A DNA stretch of 64,000 bases from Octopus sinensis (GCF_006345805.1 NC_043004.1:24862001-24926000); one strand, 5' to 3'; counted from the first letter of the stretch, positions 13,266 to 25,745 are shown. Notes: generated by a model from the letters alone, not told the origin. Numbers and translations are program-made.

Positions 13266-14177
13266 TGTCCAACGCATGCCAGCATGGAAAATGGATGTTA
13301 AATGATGATGATGATAATGTGTGTGTGTGTGTGTGTTGTATTTGTATTATGTCTGCTTTTTCATGCTGGTATGGATTAAGTGAATATTTATTAGGCGTCA
13401 TTTTACAATTGAGGTATTGTCTTACAACTGGATACTCTTCCTATTGCTAACTTTTACCAGTATTTTGAGTAAGGGATTTTTTTTTTATTCCAAAGTACAG
13501 TGTTTTGAGAATTACTAAAAAATAACCATACAAATTTTAGGGCGTGTTGATCTGACTTAATCTTTATTTCTGAGTAAGTTTTGTACGAGTTACAAGCTGA
13601 ATATAGATAGAAAGAAAAACTAAGAGAGAGTAAATGAATTCCAGTATTAAGTAATTTAAGAGGCAAGTTTGTTGGTGGGAGCATAGATTGTTAGAAAGAA
13701 ATAGTATATTTCTTAGAGAAGGATGTAAAAGTGACAAATGAACAGGATGTGTTGAGGTAAAATGTCATTCACCTTCAGTTCTTATTTTTGTCATTCTTCC
13801 ATTATCTACCCACTACATTTAATACAAGTAGCTGTAGGGTGTGGAGTGTTACAATATTAAATAATAGAAGACGGAAAAATTCATTTCCCTTTATGAGCTA
13901 TGAGTGAGTTTAATATTTATGAAGAATATAGCATCATTAATGGGTGTGCAGCACCCAACTATCAGACCCAGAGCATACACCGCCTACAACAATGATGCTC
14001 AACTATGACGTCAGAAGTCAACACTGATAGTCACTATCTAAACTCACATTTTCTTTAGTTTATCTGATGACTAGCTTAATGTAATTTGGATTGATGATGG
14101 TTCATTCTATGCGTGTGTTTGTGTGCCTGTGTGTGTATATATGGTATATAATATATGTATGTACACGTATATTTAAC

Positions 14178-14210
<33 letters not shown>

Positions 14211-14213
<3 letters not shown>

Positions 14214-14620
14214 GGAGTGGCTGTGTGGTAAGTAGCTTGCTAACCAGCCACATGGTTCCGGGTTCAGTCCCACTGCGTGGCATCTTGGGCAAGTGTCTTC
14301 TGCTATAGCCCTGGGCCGACCAATGCCTTGTGAGTGGATTTGGTAGACAGAAACTGAAAGAAGCCTGTCGTATATATGTATATATATATATAAGTGTGTG
14401 TGTATATGTTTGTGTGTCTGTGTTTGTCCCCCTAGCATTGCTTGACAACCGATGCTGGTGTGTTTACGTCCCCGTCACTTACCGGTTCGGCAAAAGAGAC
14501 CGATAGAATAAGTACTGGGCTTACAAAGAATAAGTCCCAGGGTCGATCTGCTCGACTAAAGGCAGTGCTCCAGCATGGCCGCAGTCAAATGACTGAAACA
14601 AGTAAAAGAGTAAAAGAGTA
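14211..14620 (+). mobile_element. SINE family A, full length, well preserved
   Basis: Head GCAGGAGTGGCTGTGTGGTAAG...GGTTCAGTCCC (A-box/B-box-like), internal (TA)n/(TG)n, tail AAGTAAAAGAGTAAAAGAG. Confidence 0.9.
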
Positions 14621-14857
14621 AATAAGGATAAGATAGTTAATTTAATTATTGATCTTATCAAGTGGCCAGCACGGGAATAAAAACCTTCAAAGGTAATAAT
14701 TATTATTAAAATTATAATTTAGGGTATCTAAGAGATACCTCCACGCTGGAAATGTATGGACATGTAATGTGGTTTTAGAGGCAAGTTTTGGCTGCTATTT
14801 CCAATGTGGAGGTATCTCTTAGATACCCTAAATTATAATTTCATATATATATATATT

Positions 14858-14888
<31 letters not shown>

Positions 14889-14911
14889 CATGCATGTATA
14901 TTTAATATATA

Positions 14912-16020
14912 CAGGGTGCAGTTAATAAATTGTCATCTAAATTATGCAAAAATGAAAATAACACTGACAGATATATTTACCAAAATTACATAAAAATATC
15001 TTGAAATACTAAAGAGTAATTTTATTCAATAAAATTGCCATTGACTTTAACCATGGCCTCCAGATGGCATCAAAATCTCCTGCAACTCTTCTGGACCATC
15101 TCCTTGTTTAAGCTGGTGAATGCTGTCATAATTCTTGTCTTCAGTTCATCTTTGGCGTCACAAGGTGCTTTGTTGGTCTCTTGCTCAACTGCGCCTCACA
15201 TAATAATCAGAGAGGTTGCAGTTTGGAGAGTTAGGCGGTCAGATGTTAGGGGTGATGTGGTTGCAGAAAAAGCCTGACAGCCATGACAAGGTTCTCTTGA
15301 TTGTGCGGCATCGTGCAGAGTCCTGTTACCAGACATAGGGTCTTCTAGCAGCCATTCTTGATCCAGGACAACACTACCTCTTCCAGGCACTTGATGTAGG
15401 CCTCCATGTTGAGTCTGAGGCTGTGTGGGAAGATGAATGGAGGCATAACATTGCCGTCTCTAGTGATCACTCCAAACACCATGATGTTGATTGGAATTTT
15501 GATTTTTATTGCTCTCGGTACCTGTTTTGGGGTCACTGCAAGCCAACGGTTGTTCTGTGTGTTCACCATCTGATCCTGAGAAAAATCAAAGCATGTTTTG
15601 TTGGAGGGGATACTTGAGTTTGTTCAAAAGCTTCATAGCACAGTCTCTCCTCTTGTCCTTGATGGCTTGGGATAAAAATTGGCCCTTTGTCATCTTGTAT
15701 AAGGAATAGCAAATGTCTTCATGCATTACCTGCCTGATAAGAGACTCAGACACACCCATGTCCTTGGCAATGGACCTGATTGACTTGGAGGGATCATTGT
15801 CAATCATGGCCTGGATCTCACCAACAAATTCAGGAGTTCTTTTCTCATTAGAATGGTCAGAATGAGTTTTCTGAGCTGCTGTACCTTCATAATCACCATT
15901 AGACTTGTCCAATCTTTCCAAATCCTCAGCACTGTTCTCAGTTTGACACCCAAACACTCTGAAATGTTCCTATTGGAGCTTCCAGCACAAATGCCAAGCA
16001 TACCGTTTCCAAATTTCTGG
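14912..16020 (-). mobile_element. maT-type (DD37D) Tc1/mariner transposon, decayed, one end visible
   Basis: TA-CAGGGTGCAGTTAATAAATTG terminus. Minus-strand pieces include ...IDNDPSKSIRSIAKDMGVS..., NTQNNRWLA, MVFGVIT and *QDSARCRT...PPNSPNCNLSDYYV, with 37 residues between the second and third Asp. The 5' part is cut by a SINE A fragment at 16020-16180. Confidence 0.88.
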
Positions 16021-17274
16021 CAGAAATTGGTGTGATTATGTCCCCGTAACTCAGTGGTTTGGCAAAAGATACTGATAGAATAAGTACTAGGCTTACAAAG
16101 AATAAGTCCTAGGGTTGATTTGATTGACTAAAGGCGGTGCTCCAGCATAGCTGCAGTCAAATGACTGAAACAAGTAAATGAAATGAATATATATTTGCAC
16201 ACACATACATACATACATACATATATATGTGAATGCTTAACTGAAGGGTTTAATGCTTTTTTGGAGGGCCTGCAGTCACCTAAATTATTGATACTGTTAT
16301 TATCATTTTAAAATTGTTACACTAGATAATAGCGTCAATGATATCTTCCCAAATTATTTTTTCGTGAATTATTTGCTCTGTATTGAATTATATATGTCTA
16401 TATACACACACATTGTATTTATTTGATGGTAGCTAAAATAAACATTATTTTAAAAAAATATTATTGTTTCATCTTTTTATGTTTCACTCTTCATCTCTTT
16501 TCATATGTGGCTTTTATTACTCCCTGGTTAGCCTTTATCTCTTTGTCAGTGTGTCCCAATAATTTCTCTCAGTTAGTTGTCTAGAATCTTTTCAGTTCTT
16601 TGTTGTCACACAATGGTGGAGGACAAACACATTCACACACACACACACAGAGGCTTCTTTCAGTTCCTGTCTACCAAATCCACTCACAAGGCTTTACTTG
16701 GCCCTGGGTTATAATACAAGACACTTGCTCAGGTGCTGGTCTTATCTTTGGTGCAGTGATAGGGTCATATTGATTGCCTCATGAATGAAGATATCCAAAT
16801 GTGTAATGTCTGAACATTACCTATACTCACCTTACTTAAACATGAACTGCTTAAACTTTACTCATTTATCCTTCTTTATTTGAAAAGAACCTTAAAACTC
16901 TATGGTTTCTGCTACACTACTCCAACAACCAATTAATGGATACAAACACTGGAGCATAGGTCAGACAGTTCTGCAAATTTAAATATTTACTCATGGATCA
17001 ATACTTTCTGTTTTTTTAATAGCAACTCTTCTTAAATGACTTTCAGCTTGAGTATGGGAATGTTTCATACTTTCAGCTTGTTACCATTGAACTCTTAGCA
17101 TTTGGTGCAGGCATGGTTTTGTTGAAGAAGTTTGCTTCCCAACCACATAGATCTGGGTTCAGTCCCGCTACATGACACTTTGGACTAGGGTATTCTGCTA
17201 TAGTGTATTCTTGTGAGTGAATTTGGTTGACAGAAACTGAAAGAAGCCCAGTGTGTGTGTGTATATATATATAG

Positions 17275-17460
17275 CTGAAGTTTACAGAAAAACAAAAGAG
17301 GAAAACTGGTGTATAAACAACAAGCCGGGTGTATTAATTTGATGCTCAGGAAGGTGAGAAAGTCTTTTATGTTTTGATCCTACACTCTTCAGCAGAAAGG
17401 AACATGAAATAAACAGAGAGAATAAAATGAGAGAGAACAAAAGAGAGAACTTAGTTACAG
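17275..17460 (-). mobile_element. Penelope-like pseudo-LTR-type repeat with minimal hammerhead-like motif (decayed copy)
   Basis: Homologous to 41660-41850. The minus strand at 17364-17399 reads CTTT-CTGCTGA-A-GAGT-GTAG-GATC-AAAA-CAT-A-AAAG. Confidence 0.6.
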
Positions 17461-17739
17461 AGACATAAAAGGCCAAAACCTTTTGTCATTTGGTGGTGGT
17501 GGTGGACAAATACATACATAAAGACAAACGCACATAGATATATATGTGTGTGTGTGTATATGTATATGTACGTGTGTATGTATATGTATACACACACACA
17601 CATACACACATGTATATGAGCAAAGGTTGAGTTCTATTTCATCCTTTACTTTGGAGGGTTCCAAAGGTCGATTTCCAATAAAGATTCTTCATATTTCATT
17701 GGTAGCTTACTGTTGTAAGAATTTTGTGAATATGAAAAT

Positions 17740-18830
17740 GCTACAAGTATAAGGTCTGTTATGAGAATATATAGAACAAGTATCCTTTAGAAACTCAACA
17801 AATTGTTAAAGATGTAGAAGAGAAGATGTTAAAAATTTGAAAAGAATTTAATCCATGCATACGATCGTTTCAAACAGCATTATTATCATGTAAATAACAT
17901 GGTAGAAAAATGAAAAATTAATCTAATTAAAATTAAATTAATTACATATTACTGTTCTCCTCAGTGCAAAAAAAGAATACATCAACAAAATAATATTATT
18001 ATTGTTACAGAAGACTTGATGGAATGAATATCACATGACATATTCGGATATACATATTATCCTTTTGAAAGATTAAGAGCATGCTAACATAGTGTTGTTG
18101 AGTCTAGTTGTGTATGAACTAAAACTGATGCGGCTAACGGTCATTTGAAAATATAAGTGAAAGATGTTTAAGAAACATTCCCCTTATATAAAAATATGTA
18201 ATTAAGTAATATACACTCCATATAAAGCATTTATCATAAGAAGTAAAATATAATATATATATAAGTATCCAGTGGGATAGCCTAGCTATATTTAAATTAA
18301 TATTTGATTTGACAGTTATAAGTGAAATATGAGAAATATTAAGTATGGTGTATGTTTAAAGAAATTATTTTAAAAAAGAGAATTTCTTGTGCGAGAATAA
18401 GAAATAGAAAGTACTTAATATAGTTTTATTTAAGCTACTTGAATTTCAAGCAAAAAAAGATACGGAGTTGTGTGGGAGTACTTAATAGCTTTATATAATG
18501 GGAAGAATTTTTTTAGTGTAAAAACTTTATTCATTTGATAAAGAGAGAAAGATAGAAGAATACTTGTTAATATTACAGAATTAAGAAAGAAAATACTTGC
18601 TGTGGCTAAGAATATTGAAAAAAACCGTTTGATGATAGTGAAGTGTTTTTGAGAGGTTGAGAAGAAAATAATAAGAATGTTGGGGAGATAAGGCTGAGAC
18701 AAATTCGTAAAAATGTTTTTTAAAAAAAGTTGTACTTTTCTATATTTTGTAGGTTGACTATGTTTTTGTATAAATAATAAAAATTGCAATATAAGTTGAG
18801 AATCTAGCATGGCATTTTGTAAATAATTGT
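17740..18830 (+). mobile_element. Very decayed L1/Tx1-like ORF2 remnant
   Basis: Purine-rich plus strand with a broken C..E..EST..F zinc-knuckle-like segment, followed by VWEYLIALY...; many stops. Confidence 0.3.
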
Positions 18831-18838
18831 CTAACTTA

Positions 18839-19045
18839 TCTATTATATAAAATCCGTTCTGTCTGTGTGTGTGTCTTCTAGGATCTTGGGCATCCTCCAT
18901 CTGATTGCACTCAAATTTCATATGTAGATACCGATGGTATCAGGGCGTGTATAAGTCTTGAAAAAATTACAAAAATCGATTCCAGGTGAGAATGCGATGG
19001 ATAAAGCCGTGGGAACATGCATTTGTATGCGCAAGTACATCAGTC
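18839..19045 (+). mobile_element. Helitron-like non-autonomous 5' end
   Basis: A|TCTATTATATAAAATCCGTTCTGTCTGTGTGTGTGTC...CTCAAATTT resembles the TC-start and (TG)n layout of animal non-autonomous Helitrons. No CTAG 3' end with hairpin was found. Confidence 0.5.
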
Positions 19046-19257
19046 AAAATCCTTCTTTTGTTGGTGTCTCAAATTTAGGTTAAATCAGTGTTTCTCAAAG
19101 GGGAGGCCTATGGGATGGTCGGACAAGTTGTTTTGAGAAAATTTGGTTTAAATGTTTGACGGGGGGCGTTTTGCTCATATAAGGTATTGGTGAATGTGAA
19201 TATAAGAAAAAGTTTTTTTATTTATTTATGGAGTAATAGGTGTGAAAAATATATGTA

Positions 19258-19315
<58 letters not shown>

Positions 19316-19634
19316 TATGTGTGTTTGTCTTTGTGTATGTATTTGTCTACCACCACCACCAAATGACAACAGGTGTTGGCCTGTTTATGTCCCTGTAATT
19401 AAGTAGTAATTAAGTAGTTCCACAAAAGAAACCAATAAAATAAGTACCAGGTTTATAAACAAATAACTACTGGAGCTGATTCATTTGCCTAAAATTCAAG
19501 GCAGTACTCCAGCATGGCCACAGTCCAGTGATTGAAGTAAGTAATAGATATCATATATCGATATAAGCATGAGTACTTTTAAGCATCACAAGTCCATACA
19601 AGAGGTCCCCTCAGGGTAAACAATGAAGCTTTTT

Positions 19635-20365
19635 TGGCACTCCATCAATTACGATGATGAGGGTCCCAGTTGATCTGATCAACAGAAAAGCTTTTTACTT
19701 GGTTCAGTCATGTGACTGTGGCCATGCAGGAGCACCGCCTTTAGTCGAGCAAATCGACCCCAGGACTTATTCCTTGTAAGCCTAGTATTTATTCTATCGG
19801 TCTCTTTTGCTGAACTTCTAAGTTACGGGTACGTAAACACACCAGCATCAGTTGTCAAGCGATGTTGGGGGGACAAACACAGACACACAAACATATATAC
19901 ACACATACATATCTATATATACATATATATGACGGGCTTCTTTCAGCTTCTGTCTACCAAATCCACTCACAAGGCTTTGGTTGGCTCAAGGCTATAGTAG
20001 AAGACACTTGCCCAAGGTGCCACGCAGTGGGACTGAACCTGGAACCATGTGGTTTGTAAGCAAACTACTTACCACACAGCCACTCCTACGCCTTTGCTTG
20101 CTCGAGAAATTAACATGCAAGCAGCTGAGCACTCCACCGACATGTGTGCCCTTAATGTACTTCTCAGGAAGATTCAGCATGACACAGAGTATGACAAGGC
20201 TGGCCCTTTGAAATACAGGTACTACTCATTTTTGCCAGCTGAGTGGGCTGAAGGAACATGAAATAAAGTGTCGTGTTCAAAGAGACAACATGCTGCCAGG
20301 AATTGAACTCATGACTTTACAGTCATGAACCGAATACCCTAACCACCAAGCCATGCGCTTTCACG
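19635..20365 (-). mobile_element. tRNA-headed SINE family E interrupted by a full SINE A (19692-20092)
   Basis: Family E sequence GATCTGATCAACAGAAAAGC resumes as GCTTGCTCGAGAAATTAAC after the SINE A. Uninterrupted E copies lie at 33215-33470(+), 35522-35845(-), 36733-37045(+) and 61520-61830(-). Confidence 0.8.
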
Positions 20366-20885
20366 AATAACACAGTATGCTGTGTTCTAACACAACACCC
20401 ACTTTAAGTGGAAGATAAACATTACCTTTTGGTATTGATACTGCTTCTGTAACTATTAATCATTTTTGATAAGCCCACTGGCAATTTGCATCACTGGTAC
20501 CTAAATCAACACTGAGATTTCATATATTACTAATGGTGATATCACCTACGTCTAGCTGGATGTCTACCATTGACAAGGCCAAGAAAGGCCACTCAGTTCT
20601 GATCACTCTGTTTCAGCAGCTGTAGTGCTTGGTTCTCGCCCACCAGTGATATAAACATGAGTGTTTTTCTGCACCTTAGTCATATATTATTATTCACTGT
20701 GATAAGTCCCCTCATGATATTAATATTGCTTCTATCACTATTAGTTATACAATAAATACATAATATATATATCATACATCTACAATATATATTATACATA
20801 CATAATATATATTATACATATATACTATATTACACATACATAATATATATTATATATACATTATATATATTATACATACCTAATA

Positions 20886-21290
20886 TAGGTGTAGGAGTGG
20901 CTGTGTGGTAAGTAGCTTGCTTACCAACCACATGGTTCCGGGTTCAGTTCCACTGCGTGGCACCTTGGGCAAGTGTCTTCCACTGTAGCCTCAGGCTGAC
21001 CAAAGCCTTGTGAGTGGATTTGGTAGACGGAAAATGAAAGAAGCCTGTCGTATATATGTATATATGTATATAAATCTATATATATACATATATGTATGTG
21101 TGTGTATATGTTTGGGTGTCTGTGTTTGTCCCCACAACATCGCTTGACAACCGAAGCTAGTGTGTTTACGTCCCCATAACTTAGCAGTTCGGCAAAAGAG
21201 ACCAAAAGTCCTGGGGTTGATTTGCTCGACTAAAGGCTGTGCTCCAGCATGGCCACAGTCAAATGACTGAAACAAGTAAAAGAGTAAAAT
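20886..21290 (+). mobile_element. SINE family A, full length
   Basis: Complete head, microsatellite and tail. Confidence 0.88.
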
Positions 21291-21907
21291 GTATATTAAA
21301 TATATTAATGTGACCCTATCCCTTGTACAAGGATAAGATTACATTAATAGCCTTATGAATGAGGATGTCCAAATATATAATGTCTGAACATTCTCTGTAT
21401 CTGCTTTACTTAAATATGAATAACTTAAACTTTACTAATTTATCCTTCTCCCTTATTTGTAAAGAACCTTAAAACTGCATGATCTGTCACTCTCCCCAAA
21501 CAACTGTTTAAGAGAAACAAACAGTATAGCATGGGTCAGACAGTTCTGCAAATTTAAATATTTACCCAATTTGATGGATCAGTTTTTCTCTTTTTTTTTT
21601 TTTTTTAATAGCTAACAACTCTTCTGAGGTGATTTTCAAACTTGGGTATGGCAGTGTTTCATATTTCTAGCTTGTTGCAGCCATTGAATTCTAAGCATTT
21701 AAATACAATTTTTTTTTAATGAGGCTCTAAGATATGTTTTTTTCTTTTCCTTATATAGCTTTCAGTATCCTATTTCAAGTAATAGGTTAAATCTAGATGA
21801 TAAATCATTTCATATCGATCTCATTTTCTAAATCAAAGCCTTGTCAGAAAATTTGATAGTCAGAAATTGAAAGAAGCCCATTTTGTGTGTTTGTGTGTGT
21901 TTATATA

Positions 21908-23460
21908 CACTGGTGTGCAAAAGTCTTAGACAGTTCATATTTTTTTTATTCTAAGCAATATTAAGTTGACAAAATAAATTACAAATAACTTCAAACAAAC
22001 AAATTACTATTTAATAGGACTAAGAATAATTCCCTTGGCAAAACATGAATTTTATTTTAAAGCTAATAATCTGTATGTCCACCTTTATTCTTTAAAGCAG
22101 CTTGGATTGTTTTTGGAATGCTGTCTTGCAATTTTTGCACATAATCTTGAGGAATGTTGTTCCAAGCATCTCGGAGTACTGTCCACAATTCTTCTTTTGA
22201 TTTTGGCTCTTTTTCACTTTTACTTTGATCTAAATAATCCCGAAATGATTCAATGATGTTCATGTCAGGACTCTGAGGGGACCATTTTATGAGTTTGATT
22301 TCACCAGCAGATTTTTGCCTTGGTAAATAATTTTTTAGTAAATTTGCTGGGTGCTTGGGGTGAACTGATTCCCTGAGTTGCATTCCATAGGGAATAGCAA
22401 CATGAATTAGAATCTGCCTATGTTTTTCAGCATTCACATTGCCCTCAATTCAAACCAAATCTCCAACTCCATTGGCTGATAGATAAGCAGCCCCAAACAC
22501 TTATGGAACCTCCACCATGCTTAAGGCAGATTTCCTTCAAGTGTTCTCCATTCCTGCACCTTACATCTTGCTTTCGTTCCAAACGAAATATTTCAAATTT
22601 AGACTCATCAGTCAAAGTACATTTTTCCATTGCTGAGGTATCCAGTTTTTGTGTTCTGTAGCAAACATGAGTCTCTTTGCCTTATTGCTAATAGTTTAGC
22701 TCTTACTACTCTATCATGAAGTTTATTTTTGATGAGGATTCTTATTACTGTTGAAAGATAAATTTGTATACCTGAAATTTGAGTTAGATCATGGGAGAGT
22801 TCCTTGCTAGACTTGCAGCTATCCCTAAGGGATGGTAGCCTTAAATATCTGATAATCACTTTTTGAGAGTTTGGAATGTCTTCCAGTTTTTGGTTTGTCT
22901 GCAACGTCTCCAGTTTCTTCTTCATCATAATCTGTTGAATTGCACATTGAGATACCCCAATTCTTCTTGAAATTTCTGTCAGAATTACCTTGCTCATAAA
23001 GAAATATCACCTTATGTCTATTTTCTAGTGAAATTTTAGACATTCTAAGAATATTATTCAGAAATTTCTGAAATATCTGAAAAAAAAAAAACCATCAGAA
23101 TATTAGTAAAGTTACAAATGCATTTAATCTAAAGATATAAACATGAAATTATCAATAATTTTTTGGCATAAAGATGTTCAAAGCTGATGTTAAAATGTTT
23201 TCATGATGTTTTATTATATCATTTAAGTGAATTTAATGAAATGAAACAATTTTTTAATTGGTTCATAATTTGGTCAACTTTGGCAAATACTGGAAACCAA
23301 CTTCTTTTTTTTCAAAAATTCTGGGAATTTTTCATGAATGTTGAAATAATATATTAGAAAGTTAGTACCATATAATAAAAAATGAATATTTCAACATTAA
23401 GTTCCAATTATTATCAAATTTCAAAGAAAAAAATGAAACTGCCTAAGACTTTTGCACACC

Positions 23461-23464
<4 letters not shown>
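21908..23464 (-). mobile_element. Near full-length Tc1 (DD34E-type) transposon, inactivated
   Basis: TIRs CACTGGTGTGCAAAAGTCTTAG(A/G)CAGTT with TA flanks. Frameshifted transposase MSKISLENRHKVIFLYEQG...TDESKFEIF...GGGSISVWGC...PKH...WSPQSPDMNIIES. Confidence 0.93.
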
Positions 23465-23492
<28 letters not shown>

Positions 23493-23496
<4 letters not shown>

Positions 23497-23640
23497 CGCA
23501 GAAGTGGTTGTGTGGTAAGTAGCTTGCTTATGAACCACATGGTTCCAGGTTCAGTCCCACTACGTGGCACCTTGGGCAAGTGTCTTCTACTTGTGAGTGG
23601 ATTTGGCAGACGGAAACTGAAAGAAGCCCGTCGTATATAT

Positions 23641-23681
<41 letters not shown>

Positions 23682-23915
23682 TGTGTGTATATGTTTGTGT
23701 GTCTGTGTTTGTCTCCCGCCCCCCAACATCGCTTGACAACCGATGCTGCTGTGTTTATGTTCCTGTAACTTAGCGGTTTGGCAAAAGAGACTGATAGAAT
23801 AAGTACTAGGCTTACAAAGAATAAATCCTGGGGTCGATTTGCTCGACTAAAAAGGCGGTGCTCCAGCATGGCCACAGTCAAATGATTAAATCAAGTAAAA
23901 GAGAGTAAAAGAGTA
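23493..23915 (+). mobile_element. SINE family A, full length
   Basis: Complete head and tail, placed in the (TA)n next to the Tc1 end. Confidence 0.88.
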
Positions 23916-23961
23916 TACATAACACAGTGAAGTTGTAAGGTACTGCACTTGTGAAAATATA

Positions 23962-24200
23962 TATGAAAGAAGGTTTGAAAATGCAATTTTAAAGATGTTT
24001 ATTCACTTGTCCGGTTTCACTTTTTTAGAAAAAGTTTGTCAAAAGTAATATTTTGTTATGTTAAGTACTGTGTAAAGTTGTGTTAAATACTTAACACAAC
24101 AAAGCTTTACATTTTACTTTTGACAATCTTTTTATAAAAAAGTGAAATCGGTCAAGTGAATAAACATCTTTAAAATTGCATTTTCAAACCTTCTTTCATA
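23962..24200. mobile_element. Palindromic MITE, about 240 bp
   Basis: About 88-bp near-perfect inverted arms TATGAAAGAAGGTTTGAAAATGCAATTTTAAAGATGTTTATTCACTTG... Confidence 0.85.
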
Positions 24201-25535
24201 ATTATATAAATAAATATAAAAATGTGTGCGTGTGTCAATATCAAGGTGTACTCAGGTTCTAAAGTTAGGAGGTGCAAGCACATAAAAAAAAACAGGCACC
24301 ATGACACATATCAAACAATTTTCGACTCATTTCTCTAGTATTACATGAAATATTTCATTAGTTATAATATATGTAAGTGTATTTTATATTCATTAATTTT
24401 ATGTTTCAGTAACAATGTCATTATGTATGAAAGTTACAACTGCTATATTGGTGTGACATGGAAAAGATGAGAGTCATGATATAAGCACGTGCTAAAACTC
24501 CTCATAACTTTTTTATTTTTACAAATTTTTTTTTCGATTCTGTCTTCTGCATAATGGAATTAGTACGATTATTCAGAAAAAAAAAATTTTAAGTTCCTCC
24601 TTGGTTTTAAATTACGGACAGTTCAAATCTACCATTCGTTTCTCTTTAAAATTTCCAAATAATTTTTTGAATACTTCAAAATCAAAATTGCGTAAATATG
24701 TGTGTTAGAACCAATAATTTAAGAAATAGATTTTGGGGAGCTCTCTTATAATGACTGACTTTTATTCCATTATTCTAATATCTTCTAAAACTTATACATA
24801 TACATGTATAAATGCATACAGAAGCATATATAAATATATACACACACACACACATACATTTTTACAGACTTAGTTTTATATACATCCACGTATATATATA
24901 AATATTTCAGCATATCTACACAGTTAAACCCCAAAGATTTGCTTCTTCATAGCCTTGAGAAAATTAAATATTTCTTAATAAAATTTTCTACAAATATGCT
25001 TCAGATCGTGTAGATTCCGATTAAATTGGGATTCATTGTGGAAACTTTGTCCTTAAAGGTGTTTTAGAAAAGTCACATCATTAGGCTTTGTTGTATATAC
25101 ATGAGTATATACGATTTACTTTAAATATATATTTATACACGCACATACGCACATAAAAAAACTTGCACATCATTGGTTACGATGATCACAAATATCCAAA
25201 ACTTCTTCACCACTCTTCCAACTTCAGTTTTCCTCTTAAAAAGAAGGCTTTTGTCTACTTGGACTAGTTGTTGTACCACTGTACGGCTGTCTATCTGCTA
25301 CTATTGTTGATGGACATGCAGCATGTCACTGGCTTTTCACATATAAAGTCCAGGATTATGTGAAAAAGTGTGAAGATCGTCAATTAACTTTTTTTTCCGT
25401 ATAAGTGTCAAAAAATTATTTAGAAATTATTAAGACTGTCCGTATTTTAAAACCACGAATTAAGAAAAAATTGGGAGGTGGGGACGATTTGGGGAGATTT
25501 AAAAAAATATGTTTTTTTTTGCATAATTGTATTAA

Positions 25536-25745
25536 TACCTATTATTCAACTCGTACCACTCCAAACACATAACAATTAATATACCTTATAATATAGCAAA
25601 AAGAATCTGTACCATAGTTTCAGACAATAATACTCATGAACGAGGACTCCTTGAACTCAGATCAATCCCAATCAAGAGACATTACCCAACATATTTAATA
25701 AATGATGGGATTAAACGAGCAGAGGAAATAGGCATTCAATTCTAA
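25536..25745 (+). mobile_element. Penelope-like element RT thumb/linker fragment
   Basis: Open frame YLLFNSYHSKHITINIPYNIAKRICTIVSDNNTHERGLLELRSIPIKRHYPTYLINDGIKRAEEI matches the PLE pattern YL.F.S.HP.H....IPY..A.RI..I.S......RL.EL......R.YP. Confidence 0.8.

Noticed and set aside
14006-14013. Perfect CRE palindrome TGACGTCA
   Set aside because: A single 8-mer with no promoter context is not evidence of regulation.
14211-14290. tRNA-like A/B boxes at SINE heads
   Set aside because: No cloverleaf or terminator, and they continue into SINE bodies, so they are not tRNA genes.
18430-18921. 163-aa minus-strand ORF
   Set aside because: No recognisable motif; it spans a Helitron-like junction and is antisense to a decayed LINE-like region.
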